Under the pieces are notes generated by a model. It did not search any database, had not been told where the DNA came from, and saw only the letters and a program-made list of their open reading frames with translations. The position numbers and the translations under genes are program-made. From positions 355,701 to 419,700 of the forward strand of contig CAWBJJ010000002.1 in NCBI GenBank assembly GCA_963789135.1: a stretch of DNA of 64,000 nt. The letters are read 5' to 3'. Shown piece after piece: positions 32,257-42,678 of this stretch (its first letter is position 1; each line of letters starts with the position of its first letter). Source of the stretch: an uncultured Acidobacteriota bacterium. Its GTDB lineage: Bacteria; Actinomycetota; Acidimicrobiia; Spongiisociales; ZC4RG35.

Positions 32257-32622
32257 ATGACTCCGTACTTCGAGAGCTATCTGACGGTCGGCGCCTTCGC
32301 CGCTCTGGGAGCGATCCTGGTGATGGTGATGCTCGGTGTGGCATCGGTGCTCCGGCCCACCAACCCCACCACGGCCAAAGAGCTCACCTATGAGTGCGGG
32401 GTCGATCCGGTCGGGTCTGGCTGGAACCAGACCTACGTCCGGTACTACGTCTACGGGCTTCTCTTCGTGATCTTCGACGTGGAGGCGGTCTTCATCTTTC
32501 CCTGGGCCATCGTCCTCGAGCGTCTCGGCACCTTCGGCCTGGTCGAGATGTTCATCTTTATCGACATCCTCATCCTTGGACTGGTGTACGCCATCCGCAA
32601 GGGAGTCATGAGGTGGGAGTAG
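32257..32622 (+). CDS. nuoA: NADH-quinone oxidoreductase subunit A
   Basis: [31 protein letters not shown]. Confidence 0.96.
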   Translation: MTPYFESYLTVGAFAALGAILVMVMLGVASVLRPTNPTTAKELTYECGVDPVGSGWNQTYVRYYVYGLLFVIFDVEAVFIFPWAIVLERLGTFGLVEMFIFIDILILGLVYAIRKGVMRWE

Positions 32623-33110
32623 CCCAGAAGTTCGGCATGCCGAAGCCGGTCACCTGGCTGCTGAACTGGTCGAGGAGCTATTCGCTCTGGTTGTTTCAGT
32701 TCGGTTTGGCATGTTGTGCCATCGAGTTGATGGCAGCGTCCGGCCCCAGGTACGACTTCATGAGGTTTGGCATCATCCCGTTGCCGGCCTCCCCCAGGCA
32801 GGCCGATCTCATGGTGGTGGCGGGCACTGTCACCGACAAGATGGCCCCCTCCGTGAAGCGCCTCTACGACCAGATGCCAGATCCAAAGTACGTCATCTCG
32901 ATGGGCTCATGCGCCAATTGCGGTGGGCCGTATTGGGACTCTTATTCGGTGACCAAGGGGGTCGATCAGGTGATCCCGGTGGACGTCTACGTGCCGGGTT
33001 GCCCGCCACGACCTGAAGCGTTGATGGACGGGATCGTTCTCCTCCAGAAGAAGATCCGGGGCGAAGAGATCAAAGCGAAGTGGAACCAGCGTGACCTCGA
33101 GCCCGTCTGA
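32613..33110 (+). CDS. nuoB: NADH-quinone oxidoreductase subunit B
   Basis: [45 protein letters not shown]. Confidence 0.96.
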   Translation: MGVAQKFGMPKPVTWLLNWSRSYSLWLFQFGLACCAIELMAASGPRYDFMRFGIIPLPASPRQADLMVVAGTVTDKMAPSVKRLYDQMPDPKYVISMGSCANCGGPYWDSYSVTKGVDQVIPVDVYVPGCPPRPEALMDGIVLLQKKIRGEEIKAKWNQRDLEPV

Positions 33111-33696
33111 GACCGAGACCACTCCTCATCCGCTCCAGGAGTACGCCGACCGGGTAGCGGGTGTCGTCGGCGGAACCGCCGAGATCATGTTCGACACCAT
33201 CAAGGTGAAGGTGCCCGCCGAGCAGTGGCCCGATGCCCATGAGCGAGCAAGGGATGAGTTGGGCCTCGTTTTCTTCTCCTGGTTGTCGGCAGTTGACTGG
33301 GCAGAAGAGGTAGCGGTTGGCGATCCCCCTGGTGGGGACGTGAGCGACCATTTCGAGATGCTCTCCACTCTGGGCGACGTCAGCGAGGGTCGCCGGGTCA
33401 CGTTCAGCACTGAGATCTCGAAGAGCTCGCCCTCCATCGCCAGCCTGGTGCAGGTTTTCGTCGGCGCCAACTGGCACGAGCGGGAGGCGGCCGAGATGTT
33501 CGGGATCGACTTCGTCGGGCACCCCGACCTTTCCCACCTCTACCTGCCCGACGCTTTTATCGGCAACCCGCTCCGAAAGAGCTATCCGCTATTGAGCCGG
33601 GAAGTGAAGCCATGGCCGGGGACCGTCGACGTGGAAGGCATGCCCGGCAGCCCGGCGGAGCCGACCGAGCCGTCTGAAGAGAACCCGGAGGCCTGA
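33091..33696 (+). CDS. nuoC: NADH-quinone oxidoreductase subunit C
   Basis: [37 protein letters not shown]. Confidence 0.95.
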   Translation: MTSSPSETETTPHPLQEYADRVAGVVGGTAEIMFDTIKVKVPAEQWPDAHERARDELGLVFFSWLSAVDWAEEVAVGDPPGGDVSDHFEMLSTLGDVSEGRRVTFSTEISKSSPSIASLVQVFVGANWHEREAAEMFGIDFVGHPDLSHLYLPDAFIGNPLRKSYPLLSREVKPWPGTVDVEGMPGSPAEPTEPSEENPEA

Positions 33697-33697
33697 G

Positions 33698-34888
33698 TTG
33701 GTCGTCGACCAGGACCTGGTCCGTCACCTCTCGGAGGCCGCGGTGTCGGTTGAGTTGGAGACGCCGGACATGACGCTGAACATCGGCCCCCAGCACCCCT
33801 CGACACACGGTGTGCTCCGCCTGGTGGCCAGGGTCGACGGGGAACGGGCATATGACGTCCATCCGGTCATCGGTTACATGCACCGCGGATACGAGAAGCT
33901 CTCCGAAGTGCGGACATACCCCCAAATCACCACGCTGGTCAACCGCATCGACTGGGTTTCCGGATACGCCAACGAGGTCCCGTTCGTCATCGCGGCAGAG
34001 AAGCTGATGGGACTCGAGGTCCCTGAGCGGGCGCAGTACATCCGCCTGATCCTCACCGAGATCGCTCGCATCTCCTCCCATCTCATCTTCATGGCCTCGT
34101 ACCCGCTCGAGTTGGGTGCTGCGACCCCGTTGTTCTTCGCGCTTCGGGAGCGGGAGCGGATGCTCGACCTGTTGGAGGGAGTCACCGGAGGCCGATTCCA
34201 TCCCAATTTCAACCGGATCGGCGGGGTAAAGCCCGCCTACGGGTCGGGGTCTCAGACCAGGAAGCTGCCCCAGGACCTGCCGGCGGGATTCCTCGCCGAG
34301 ACCAGGGAGGCAGTCGACCAGGTGCTCATTGTCGTCGACGAGATCGAAGACCTGGTCGCCGGGAACGAGATCATCCTGGCCAGGACCAAGGGCATAGGAA
34401 TCCTTCCGCCCGAAGTCGCGGTGGCATACGGGGTGTCCGGGCCCAATCTCCGGGCGTCGGGGATTGCCTTCGACCTCCGTCGCGCCGAGAGCTATCTGCC
34501 CTATGACCGGTTCGACTTCGAGATCCCGGTGGGGGAGAACGGTGACTGTTGGGACCGGTGGTGGGTCCGGCTCGCCGAGATCCGACAGTCGGCTCGCATC
34601 ATCCAACAGGCGGTCGATGGGATCCCGTCCGGCCCGCTCCAGGCCAAGGTCCCCAAGGTGATAAAGGTCCCCAAGGGCCAGACCTATGTGCGGGCCGAGA
34701 ACCCCAAGGGGGAGATGGGGTACTACCTGGTGTCGGAGGGAGGGCAAGGCCCGTACCGGCTCAAGATCCGCTCCGCCAGCTTCTCCAACCTCTCGATCCT
34801 GCCCTGGATCCTCGAAGGGGTGCTGGTCCCGGACATCATCGCCATCATGGGGAGCCTCGACTTCGTGCTCGGAGACGTGGACAGATGA
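33698..34888 (+). CDS. nuoD: NADH-quinone oxidoreductase subunit D
   Basis: LNIGPQHPSTHGVLRL, IGYMHRGYEK, ENPKGEMG, GSLDFVLGDVDR. No NiFe CxxC motifs. Confidence 0.96.
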   Translation: MVVDQDLVRHLSEAAVSVELETPDMTLNIGPQHPSTHGVLRLVARVDGERAYDVHPVIGYMHRGYEKLSEVRTYPQITTLVNRIDWVSGYANEVPFVIAAEKLMGLEVPERAQYIRLILTEIARISSHLIFMASYPLELGAATPLFFALRERERMLDLLEGVTGGRFHPNFNRIGGVKPAYGSGSQTRKLPQDLPAGFLAETREAVDQVLIVVDEIEDLVAGNEIILARTKGIGILPPEVAVAYGVSGPNLRASGIAFDLRRAESYLPYDRFDFEIPVGENGDCWDRWWVRLAEIRQSARIIQQAVDGIPSGPLQAKVPKVIKVPKGQTYVRAENPKGEMGYYLVSEGGQGPYRLKIRSASFSNLSILPWILEGVLVPDIIAIMGSLDFVLGDVDR

Positions 34889-35010
34889 GAGGAACGTCAA
34901 TCGTCAATCGTCAATCGTCGATCGTCAGCACGGGCACGAATCTGGCGTTTTGCGTTTTGCGTTTTGCGTTTTGCGGGTCGCTCAGGAAGGACTCGATGTG
35001 TCCTTCCTGA
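34885..35010 (+). other. Connector mini-ORF (41 aa, MRGTSIVNRQSS...KDSMCPS) at the nuoD-nuoH junction
   Basis: ATGA overlap with the nuoD stop. Its stop at 35008-35010 lies 13 nt into nuoH (GTG 34998). Confidence 0.55.
34895..34975. repeat. Heptamer tandem repeats: (CGTCAAT)x3 plus 2 variants, and (GCGTTTT)x4
   Basis: Read directly at 34895-34929 and 34945-34975. Confidence 0.92.
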
Positions 35011-36002
35011 GCGATCTCTTCTCCAACTTCTGGGTCTCCCTGGCGGGGAAACTGCTGCTCGTCGCGCTGATGATCCCGCTGGTCGGGATGGTCATCGGGT
35101 TCGCCGAGATGAAGCTCTCCGCGAAGATGCAGGCCCGGGTCGGCCCTTATTTCGCGGGAGGTCGCTGGGGGTGGGCCCAGCTCATCGCCGACGGCGTCAA
35201 GTTCTTCCAGAAAGAGGACCTGATCCCCGAGGAGGCGGACCGGCCGGTCTTCAAGTTCGCGCCGGTTCTCGTCCTGGTCGGCACCGTGGCGCTCCTGGTG
35301 GTGATCCCTTTCGGCCCGGGGCTGATCTTCCGTGACCTTTCGGTAGGGGTGTTCTATGCCCTGGCGATCTCATCGCTGAGCACCATCGGGATCCTGATGG
35401 CGGGCTGGTCCTCGGCCAACAAGTACTCGCTGATGGGTGGGTTGCGCGCCGCCGGCCAGCTCATCGCGTATGAGTTGCCCCTGGTGCTGGCGGTGATCGG
35501 CTCGGTGATGTTGGCGGGGACCATGAGCATGACCGGCATCGTCGAGGCTCAGATCGAGGCCGGTTACCCGTTCGTCGTCATCCAGTTCATCGGGTTTGCG
35601 GTGTTCATGATCGCCGCCCTCGCCGAGCTGACCCGGATCCCCTTCGACATGCCAATCGCCGAGTCGGAGTTGGTCATGGGCTACCTGACCGAGTACTCCG
35701 GGTTCCGCTTTCTCTTCTTCTTCCTGGCCGAGTTCGCAAACATGTTCACCCTCTCGGCGATCGCAGTCACGCTGTTCCTCGGCGGGTACTGGCTCCCTGG
35801 CGTCCCTGAAGATGTTCTCGCCTACGCCGGCCCGGTGATCCTGGTTGGGAAGACCTTCATCCTCGTTTTCGTGATGATCTGGTTCCGGTGGACCTTCCCC
35901 CGCTTCCGCGAGGACCAGTTGCAAGGTCTCGCCTGGAAATGGCTGGTGCCGATCGCGCTGGCCAACATCCTGCTCACCGGCGCATTCATGGTGTTCACGT
36001 GA
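34998..36002 (+). CDS. nuoH: NADH-quinone oxidoreductase subunit H
   Basis: [69 protein letters not shown]. Confidence 0.96.
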   Translation: MSFLSDLFSNFWVSLAGKLLLVALMIPLVGMVIGFAEMKLSAKMQARVGPYFAGGRWGWAQLIADGVKFFQKEDLIPEEADRPVFKFAPVLVLVGTVALLVVIPFGPGLIFRDLSVGVFYALAISSLSTIGILMAGWSSANKYSLMGGLRAAGQLIAYELPLVLAVIGSVMLAGTMSMTGIVEAQIEAGYPFVVIQFIGFAVFMIAALAELTRIPFDMPIAESELVMGYLTEYSGFRFLFFFLAEFANMFTLSAIAVTLFLGGYWLPGVPEDVLAYAGPVILVGKTFILVFVMIWFRWTFPRFREDQLQGLAWKWLVPIALANILLTGAFMVFT

Positions 36003-36496
36003 CCGATACCGCGACGCGCCGCATCCCCGGAATCGGGATGCTCAAGGGCCTCTGGGTGACGATCTACACGATGTTCCGAACCATCTTCCGGCCAGGGAAG
36101 TACCTCGCCACGGTGAACTACCCGGTGGTCAAGGAGACCCTGGTTCCCCGGGCCAGGGGTGTGATCGCGCTGGATCAGGAAGCGTGCACCGTGTGCATGC
36201 TCTGCGCCCGCTCCTGCCCGGACTGGTGCATCTACATCGAGGGCCACAAAGAGGAGCAAGCGCCGGCCACTCCTGGAGGCAGGATCAAAGTCCGCGCCAC
36301 TCTCGACCGCTTCGACATCGACTACGCCCTCTGCATGTACTGCGGGATATGTGTCGAGGTTTGCCCGTTCGATGCCCTGTTCTGGTCGCCGGAGTACGAA
36401 TACTCGGAGACCCGGATGGGCGAGATGATGCATGACATGGACCGTCTCCAGGACTGGCTGACCACGGTCCCCGACGCCCCGGAGCTCGAAAAGTGA
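35999..36496 (+). CDS. nuoI: NADH-quinone oxidoreductase subunit I
   Basis: Two CxxCxxCxxxCP motifs ([24 protein letters not shown]). Confidence 0.96.
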   Translation: MTDTATRRIPGIGMLKGLWVTIYTMFRTIFRPGKYLATVNYPVVKETLVPRARGVIALDQEACTVCMLCARSCPDWCIYIEGHKEEQAPATPGGRIKVRATLDRFDIDYALCMYCGICVEVCPFDALFWSPEYEYSETRMGEMMHDMDRLQDWLTTVPDAPELEK

Positions 36497-37044
36497 GTTT
36501 CGCCGATTGGGCGTCCGAACCGGTGAACTGGGTGTTCGCAGTCGTCGGGGTCGCCGTTCTCTACTCCGCCTGGCGTGTGGTGACGGCGAAGAACGTGGTC
36601 CATGCTGCGCTGTTCCTGGTGGGAGCCCTCGCCGGCACGGCGGCCGTGTTCCTGATCCTGTCCGCCGAGTTCGTTGCCTGGGTACTGGTGCTGGTCTACA
36701 TCGGAGCAGTGATCGTTCTATTCCTCTTCGGGATCATGATCACCAGGGCCCCGACCGGCCAGGACCAAGGGCTCGACAGCGACCAGAAGATCTGGCCCGC
36801 CTTGCTCTCCATCGCCACCTTCCTGATTCTCTCCTGGGCGTCGATACAGGCCTTTGGAACCCAGACGATCACCAACCCCGGTCAGGAGACCCCGACGGAA
36901 GTGCTCGGCGAGGCGTTGCTCGGCCGATTCGTGATCCCCTTCGAGGTGGTCTCGTTCATCCTCCTCGCTGCGCTCATCGGGGGGATCACTATCGCCAGGC
37001 GCGACTTGACCCCCATCGAGGAAGAAGAGAGGAGCGCGGTATGA
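36493..37044 (+). CDS. nuoJ: NADH-quinone oxidoreductase subunit J
   Basis: [40 protein letters not shown]. Confidence 0.96.
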   Translation: MSFADWASEPVNWVFAVVGVAVLYSAWRVVTAKNVVHAALFLVGALAGTAAVFLILSAEFVAWVLVLVYIGAVIVLFLFGIMITRAPTGQDQGLDSDQKIWPALLSIATFLILSWASIQAFGTQTITNPGQETPTEVLGEALLGRFVIPFEVVSFILLAALIGGITIARRDLTPIEEEERSAV

Positions 37045-37163
37045 GAGCTCGCTCGCTGCGCTCGCTCATCGTCCATCGCAAATCGCAAATCGCACAGCGC
37101 AAGACGATCTGCGTTCAGCGGTTTGCGGGAGCACCTTTCACCGGAGGTCGGCGGTGCTCCTGA
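37041..37163 (+). other. Connector mini-ORF (40 aa, [21 protein letters not shown]...RRCS) with ATCGCAA-type heptamers at the nuoJ-nuoK junction
   Basis: ATGA overlap with the nuoJ stop. Its stop at 37161-37163 overlaps nuoK (GTG 37154). Heptamers ATCGTCC ATCGCAA ATCGCAA ATCGCAC AGCGCAA at 37068-37102. Confidence 0.55.
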
Positions 37164-37459
37164 ACCAGTTCTTGATCCTCGCTGCTGCTCTCTTCGCTCT
37201 CGGCATCTACGGCCTCCTCGTCAGGCGAAACCTGGTGCTGATCCTCCTTTCGGTGGAGTTGATGCTGGCCGCGGTCAACATCAACCTGATCGCCTTCGAG
37301 TCGGTGCTGCGCTCCAGCCAGGCTGTCGGTCAGGTCTTCTCGGTGTTCGTCATCACCGTTGCCGCCGCCGAGGTCGGGATCGGCCTGGCGATAGTCCTCA
37401 TGGTCTTCCGCAACCGGAAGTCAGCCAATGTCGACGAGCTCAACCTGATGAGGTGGTGA
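37154..37459 (+). CDS. nuoK: NADH-quinone oxidoreductase subunit K
   Basis: RRNLVLILLSVELML, GQVF, VAAAEVGIGLAI. Confidence 0.96.
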   Translation: MLLNQFLILAAALFALGIYGLLVRRNLVLILLSVELMLAAVNINLIAFESVLRSSQAVGQVFSVFVITVAAAEVGIGLAIVLMVFRNRKSANVDELNLMRW

Positions 37460-37533
37460 TGAGGCGTCGCTTCGCTCGCCGTTGTGCATGTCGCGTGTCA
37501 CGTGTCACGTGTCACTTGGAGATCACATCGTGA
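37459..37533 (+). other. Connector mini-ORF (24 aa, MRRRFARRCACRVSRVTCHLEITS) with (CGTGTCA)x3 at the nuoK-nuoL junction
   Basis: TGATG overlap with the nuoK stop and GTGA overlap with the nuoL start (37530). Repeats at 37487-37514. Confidence 0.55.
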
Positions 37534-39557
37534 TCTCCGTCCTTGCCACCGAAGCCGAGCACACCGTCGAGGCGGGGATCACCGGCGGGTTCTGGCCGGA
37601 CACCGCTGGGATCATGCTCATCCTCCCGTTCGTCGCCTTCCTCCTGATCCTGGCGTTCGGCAAGCGACTCAAGAACAACGGTGCGGAGATCGCGATTGGC
37701 GCCCTGGCCATCAACAGCGTCTGGGCCACGGTCCTCTTCGTGATGAACATGACGCAGGGTGTCCTCGCCGAGACCACGTTCGAGATCGGACGCATCGGCA
37801 GCGGATTGATCTTCGAGTTGGGGTGGGTGGTCGACGGGCTCTCGATCATGATGTACTTCCTGGTCAGCGTCGTGGGGCTGATCGTCTTCATCTACGCCGC
37901 CGGCTACATGAAGGGGGATGTCAGGGTGGACTGGTTCTTCGCCGCCTTCTCGTTGTTCGCCGGATCGATGCTGATCCTGGTGGGGGCGCCCAACCTGATC
38001 CAGCTCATCATCGGTTGGGAGGGGGTTGGCCTCGCCTCCTACCTGCTCATTGGCTTCTACTGGGAGGACATGGCGAACGTGAATGCCGGCAACAAGGCGT
38101 TCATGACGAACAAGGTCGCCGACGTCGGCCTGATCCTGGGCGCGGTGATCCTCGGCGTTTCAGTCGGCACCTTCGATTTTCTCGAGATAAATGAGTTGGC
38201 TGCCGACCACTCGGAAGCCCTCGGCGCAGTAGCGGTCGTCGCCGGGGCGCTGCTGTTCTTCGGGGCGATGGGGAAGAGCGCACAATTCCCGCTCCACATC
38301 TGGCTTCCCGATGCCATGGCTGGACCGACCCCGGTCTCCGCCCTGATGCACGCGGCCACGATGGTCACCGCCGGCATCTACCTCATGGGCCGAATGTTCC
38401 CGCTGTTCGAGTACCTGGCTGCCGACCTCAGGCCATGGATGGTCGCAATCGGGACGATCACCCTCTTTGCTCTGGGATTCCTGGCACTGGTGACAGACGA
38501 CATCAAGAGGGTCCTCGCTTACTCGACTGTCTCCCAGTTGGGGTACATGATGACCGCGATAGCGGCAGGGGGATACACCGCCGGGCTCTTCCACCTGTTC
38601 ACGCATGCCTTCTTCAAGGCCCTGCTCTTCCTCGGTGCCGGCTCGGTGATCCATGCTGTCCACTCCAACAACATGAGTGACATGGGCGGGCTCCGCAAGT
38701 CCATGCCCAGGACCTATTGGACCTTTCTCATCGGCTCGCTGTCACTGGCCGGGATCATCCCCCTCGCCGGGTTCTGGTCCAAGGACGAGATCCTGGTGAC
38801 CCTGGGCGTCGAGGGATACACCGTGGTGATGTGGATCGCCATCGCCGGGGCCTTCGTCACCGCCTTCTACATGACCCGGGCCGTTGCCCTCACCTTCTTC
38901 GGCGAGTACAAGGGCCATGGACACCCCCACGAGTCTCCAAGGATCATGACCGGCGCCTTGATCGCCCTCGCCGTGCCTTCGGCGCTGTTCGGGCTTTTCA
39001 ACATCCCGGGGGTGGAGTGGCCGGTGATCGGGAACTTCGGCGAATGGCTGGCGGTCCGGGCCGTGCCGATGGGCGACCACCACGCGGAAGCGATCAACTT
39101 CGCCCTGGTCGGGAGCGGGCTGTTCGCGGCTCTGGCCGGCATTTTCCTCGGCTGGCGGGTTTGGGGCAGGGACCGGGACACACAGGCCGAGCGAGACCGG
39201 TTCGAGATCCCTGTTTTCTATCCCCTGTTGCGCCGCAAGTACTACATCGACGACGCAGCCGACGGGGTTGTTGCCGCCACGATGGGCCCGTTCGCCCGCT
39301 CCATCAACTGGGTCAACGACTACGTGATCGACGCCGTCGTCAACGGCGCCGCCTTCGCCACCAAATCGCTTGGCGCGTTTGTCTATGGCGTGGTCGACCA
39401 ACGCGGTGTCGACGGTGTGGTCCATGGCTTGTCTGCCGGCGTCGACGGCGCCGGCTCGGCGGTCCGGCGGTGGCAGACCGGCAGAGTGCAGCAGTACGCG
39501 GCCTCCTTCGTGGGAGGGGTCTTGGTGCTGATCGTCCTTTTCGTGTTCGTGATATAG
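37530..39557 (+). CDS. nuoL: NADH-quinone oxidoreductase subunit L, copy 2
   Basis: IGWEGVGLASYLLIGF, GKSAQFPLHIWLPDAMAGPTP, HAFFKALLFL, QTGRVQQYA. Intact ORF with SD GGAG. Confidence 0.96.
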   Translation: MISVLATEAEHTVEAGITGGFWPDTAGIMLILPFVAFLLILAFGKRLKNNGAEIAIGALAINSVWATVLFVMNMTQGVLAETTFEIGRIGSGLIFELGWVVDGLSIMMYFLVSVVGLIVFIYAAGYMKGDVRVDWFFAAFSLFAGSMLILVGAPNLIQLIIGWEGVGLASYLLIGFYWEDMANVNAGNKAFMTNKVADVGLILGAVILGVSVGTFDFLEINELAADHSEALGAVAVVAGALLFFGAMGKSAQFPLHIWLPDAMAGPTPVSALMHAATMVTAGIYLMGRMFPLFEYLAADLRPWMVAIGTITLFALGFLALVTDDIKRVLAYSTVSQLGYMMTAIAAGGYTAGLFHLFTHAFFKALLFLGAGSVIHAVHSNNMSDMGGLRKSMPRTYWTFLIGSLSLAGIIPLAGFWSKDEILVTLGVEGYTVVMWIAIAGAFVTAFYMTRAVALTFFGEYKGHGHPHESPRIMTGALIALAVPSALFGLFNIPGVEWPVIGNFGEWLAVRAVPMGDHHAEAINFALVGSGLFAALAGIFLGWRVWGRDRDTQAERDRFEIPVFYPLLRRKYYIDDAADGVVAATMGPFARSINWVNDYVIDAVVNGAAFATKSLGAFVYGVVDQRGVDGVVHGLSAGVDGAGSAVRRWQTGRVQQYAASFVGGVLVLIVLFVFVI

Positions 39558-39572
39558 GAGAGGCTGAAGGAG

Positions 39573-41189
39573 ATGGAATTGTTCGAGACCTGGGCGCTCA
39601 CTCTGATCGTGTTCCTGCCCCTGGCGGGCGCGCTGCTGCTCGGATTCATTCCGAAAGAGAGGGAAGGGGCCATCAAGGCCGCAGGGCTCCTGTTCACCGT
39701 CCTGGCCTTCATCGCCTCCCTCGTGGTCATCAGCCAATTCGACTTCGCCAATCCGACTTACAACACGTATCAGTTCGAGGTCAACCAGCCCTGGATCAGT
39801 GCGATAAACGCCAACTATCACCTCGGGGTGGACGGCATCAGCCTCCCGCTCCTGGTCCTCTCCACGTTCATCATGGTTCTGGCGGTCATCTACAGCTGGA
39901 ACCACTGGGAGGAGCCCAAGAACCCCAAGCTCTTCCTCATCCTGATGCTCATCCTGGGAACCGGTCTCAACGGCACTTTCGTTGCTCTCGATCTCGTCTT
40001 GTTCTTCATCTTCTTCGAGGTAGTGCTGGTCCCGATGTACTTCATGATCGGGATCTGGGGCGATCGCTCGATGCGGACCATCCCCGGATTCGGCCGCGAG
40101 GTCCAGACCAGGCTCTACGCGTCGATCAAGTTCTTCCTGTTCACTCTCTTCGGGTCGGCGTTCATGCTCCTCGGCTTCCTGGCCCTCTATTTCCAGTCCG
40201 GGGAGTTCGGGGAGCGCACCTTCGATATCCCGCAATTGACCGACCTGGGTGCGTCGGGCGCCTTTACGGGTAGCGGCTTCGCCTTCTGGGTTTTTGGAGC
40301 CATGTTCCTCGGATTCGCAGTGAAGGTCCCGATGTGGCCATTCCACACCTGGCTGCCCGATGCCCACACCGCGGCGCCAACGGTGGGATCGGTCCTGCTC
40401 GCTGCGATCATGCTGAAGCTCGGTTCCTACGGTTTCATCAGAATTTCGATCCCGATCCTCCCCGAGGAGGCTGCGAACTGGGCACCGGCGATCGCGATCC
40501 TCGCCGTGATCGGGATCATCTACGGATCGCTGGCTTGCCTCGCCCAGACCGACATGAAGCGGCTGATCGCCTTCTCATCGGTGGGTCACATGGGGTTCGT
40601 CATGCTCGGGATCGCGACGATGTCCGATGTCGGGATCAACGCAGCGATCATCGGGATGGTGGCCCATGGCCTGATCACCGGCCTGCTCTTCTTCCTCGCT
40701 GGATCGATGTCACACCGCTACCACACCCGGGAGATGTCCCGTCTCGGGGGCAACATCAAGCTGATGCCGGTGATGGGTGGGATTCTGGCCTTTACCGCGA
40801 TGGCTTCCCTGGGTTTGCCCGGGCTCGCCGGATTCTGGGGGGAGTTCATGTCGTTGGTCGGGGCATATAACCCGCTCCCCGGGCTCTCCCTCGGCGTGTT
40901 CCGGACGGCCATGGTCATAGGAGCGATCGGCACCGTGCTCACCGCTGGCTACATGCTCTATCTCCTGCAGCAGGTCAACCTCGGTGAGCCCGGCGAGGAG
41001 TGGAAGGGCCATGAGTTTCACGACGTCGACCGGTTCGAGATGACTGCTTGGGTGCCTCTGATCGTCCTCATCGTGGTCATCGGCTTTTTCCCCAAAGTGA
41101 TCTTCGATTCGACCACCGATGCGGTGACCTCACTGGTGAACACCGTGTTCAACGCCGAGACAACGGCATCGTTGGGGTCGGGCGGCTGA
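39573..41189 (+). CDS. nuoM: NADH-quinone oxidoreductase subunit M, copy 2
   Basis: [44 protein letters not shown]. Confidence 0.96.
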   Translation: MELFETWALTLIVFLPLAGALLLGFIPKEREGAIKAAGLLFTVLAFIASLVVISQFDFANPTYNTYQFEVNQPWISAINANYHLGVDGISLPLLVLSTFIMVLAVIYSWNHWEEPKNPKLFLILMLILGTGLNGTFVALDLVLFFIFFEVVLVPMYFMIGIWGDRSMRTIPGFGREVQTRLYASIKFFLFTLFGSAFMLLGFLALYFQSGEFGERTFDIPQLTDLGASGAFTGSGFAFWVFGAMFLGFAVKVPMWPFHTWLPDAHTAAPTVGSVLLAAIMLKLGSYGFIRISIPILPEEAANWAPAIAILAVIGIIYGSLACLAQTDMKRLIAFSSVGHMGFVMLGIATMSDVGINAAIIGMVAHGLITGLLFFLAGSMSHRYHTREMSRLGGNIKLMPVMGGILAFTAMASLGLPGLAGFWGEFMSLVGAYNPLPGLSLGVFRTAMVIGAIGTVLTAGYMLYLLQQVNLGEPGEEWKGHEFHDVDRFEMTAWVPLIVLIVVIGFFPKVIFDSTTDAVTSLVNTVFNAETTASLGSGG

Positions 41190-41193
41190 CCTG

Positions 41194-42678
41194 ATGCCCT
41201 ACGAGATCGACTATCTGGCGCTGGCTCCCGAGTTGGTCGTTATCGCGACCATGCTCGGGGTGTTCACCCTCGATCTCCTCCTACCCCGCTCCAAGAAGTT
41301 CTGGACCGCGACCATGGCCGTCGCGGGCACTGCTCTTGCCGCGGTGCCACTCGTCGTCTTGGCAGTGGAAGGAACCACAGTCTCGATGTTCGATGGGTCA
41401 TACGTGGTTGACGACTTCGCAATCATCCTCAAGGCGGTCTTCATCGTCGCGGCCTACATCGTGATGCTGATGTCCCACCACTACATCGAGTCCGACCGCT
41501 ATTACCAAGGCGAGTACTACTTCCTCCTCCTCGCCTCCGTGCTCGGCTCCCTGGTCATGGCGTCGGCACGGGACCTGATCATCCTCTTCATTGGGCTGGA
41601 ACTGACCACCGGGCCGCTCTACCTCCTGGCCGGGTGGAGAAAGGGCGATGCCAGGTCCAATGAGGCGTCGATGAAGTACTTCATCCTCGGCATCCTTTCC
41701 ACGGCGATATTGCTCTACGGGATGTCCATGCTCTACGGGCTGACTGGCGAGATCACCTTCGCCGGCCTGGCAGGCACGACAGGAGCCTTGGTCGACGAGC
41801 CGATGATGGTGGTGGCGGTCCTGGCGCTGATAGTCGGCTTCGGGTTCAAGACCTCGGCAGTCCCATTCCACCTCTGGGCGCCGGACACCTATGAGGGGGC
41901 ACCGACTCCCATCACCGCCTACCTGTCGGTGAATTCCAAGGCAGCCGGGTTCGTCGGATTCCTCCTGGTCATGTACCAGGCCCTTCCCGATCTCTCCGAG
42001 ATCTGGGCGCCCGCTCTGTGGCTCCTGGCGGCGGCCTCGATGACGATCGGCAACCTGGGAGCGCTTCGACAGACCAACGTGGTCCGGCTGCTCGCCTACT
42101 CGTCGATCGCACAGGCCGGGTTCATGCTGGTCCCCTTCGCCTCAGCAGCGGTCGCCGGAACGGACCTGGCAGAGGCATTCTCGGCAACCCTCGTCTACCT
42201 GGTGATCTACGCAGTGATGAACCTGGGCGCGTTCGCGGTGGTGATTGCCGCTGCTCGGAAGACGCGGTCCGGCGAGATCAAGGCCTGGTCGGGCCTGGCT
42301 CAAGTCGACGTCCGGCTCGGCGCTCTGGTCACCGTGTTCTTCTTCAGCCTTGCCGGCATCCCGCCCCTTGCCGGGTGGTTCGCCAAGTTCGTGATGTTCC
42401 GATCGGCGATAATCGTTGGCGGCACCTCGACGGTGGTGCTGGCCGCGATAGCCGCCGTCAACTCGGTGATCGCCCTCTACTACTACGCCCGGGTGGTCAA
42501 GGCGGTGTGGCTCGATGACCCGATCGGCGATTTCGCTCCGGATGCCGAGGCCGCGCCGGCGGGCTCGTTGCGTCTTGCACTCATCATCTCGCTGGGAGTC
42601 ACCGTGGCAGTTGGGCTGTTCCCGGCCATCGTGACGTTCGTCGGTGACGCCAGCCGAGTCATCGCCAGCGGGGGCTAG
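41194..42678 (+). CDS. nuoN: NADH-quinone oxidoreductase subunit N, copy 2
   Basis: SNEASMKYF, GFKTSAVPFHLWAPDTYEGAP, RLLAYSSIAQAG, AGIPPLAGWFAKF. Confidence 0.96.
   Translation: MPYEIDYLALAPELVVIATMLGVFTLDLLLPRSKKFWTATMAVAGTALAAVPLVVLAVEGTTVSMFDGSYVVDDFAIILKAVFIVAAYIVMLMSHHYIESDRYYQGEYYFLLLASVLGSLVMASARDLIILFIGLELTTGPLYLLAGWRKGDARSNEASMKYFILGILSTAILLYGMSMLYGLTGEITFAGLAGTTGALVDEPMMVVAVLALIVGFGFKTSAVPFHLWAPDTYEGAPTPITAYLSVNSKAAGFVGFLLVMYQALPDLSEIWAPALWLLAAASMTIGNLGALRQTNVVRLLAYSSIAQAGFMLVPFASAAVAGTDLAEAFSATLVYLVIYAVMNLGAFAVVIAAARKTRSGEIKAWSGLAQVDVRLGALVTVFFFSLAGIPPLAGWFAKFVMFRSAIIVGGTSTVVLAAIAAVNSVIALYYYARVVKAVWLDDPIGDFAPDAEAAPAGSLRLALIISLGVTVAVGLFPAIVTFVGDASRVIASGG

Noticed and set aside
33698-36496. 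The EFG-less operon as a group 4 NiFe hydrogenase or Mrp antiporter
   Set aside because: The large subunit lacks CxxC ligands and has the NuoD quinone-site motifs, and nuoA/J/K are present.
34895-37514. Heptamer arrays as CRISPR repeats
   Set aside because: They are contiguous 7-bp units with no unique spacers, and there are no cas genes.
38742-40367. Long antisense ORFs (also 33557-34900, 62639-63937 and others)
   Set aside because: These are shadow frames opposite well-conserved genes, expected from high-GC codon bias, with no recognisable motifs.
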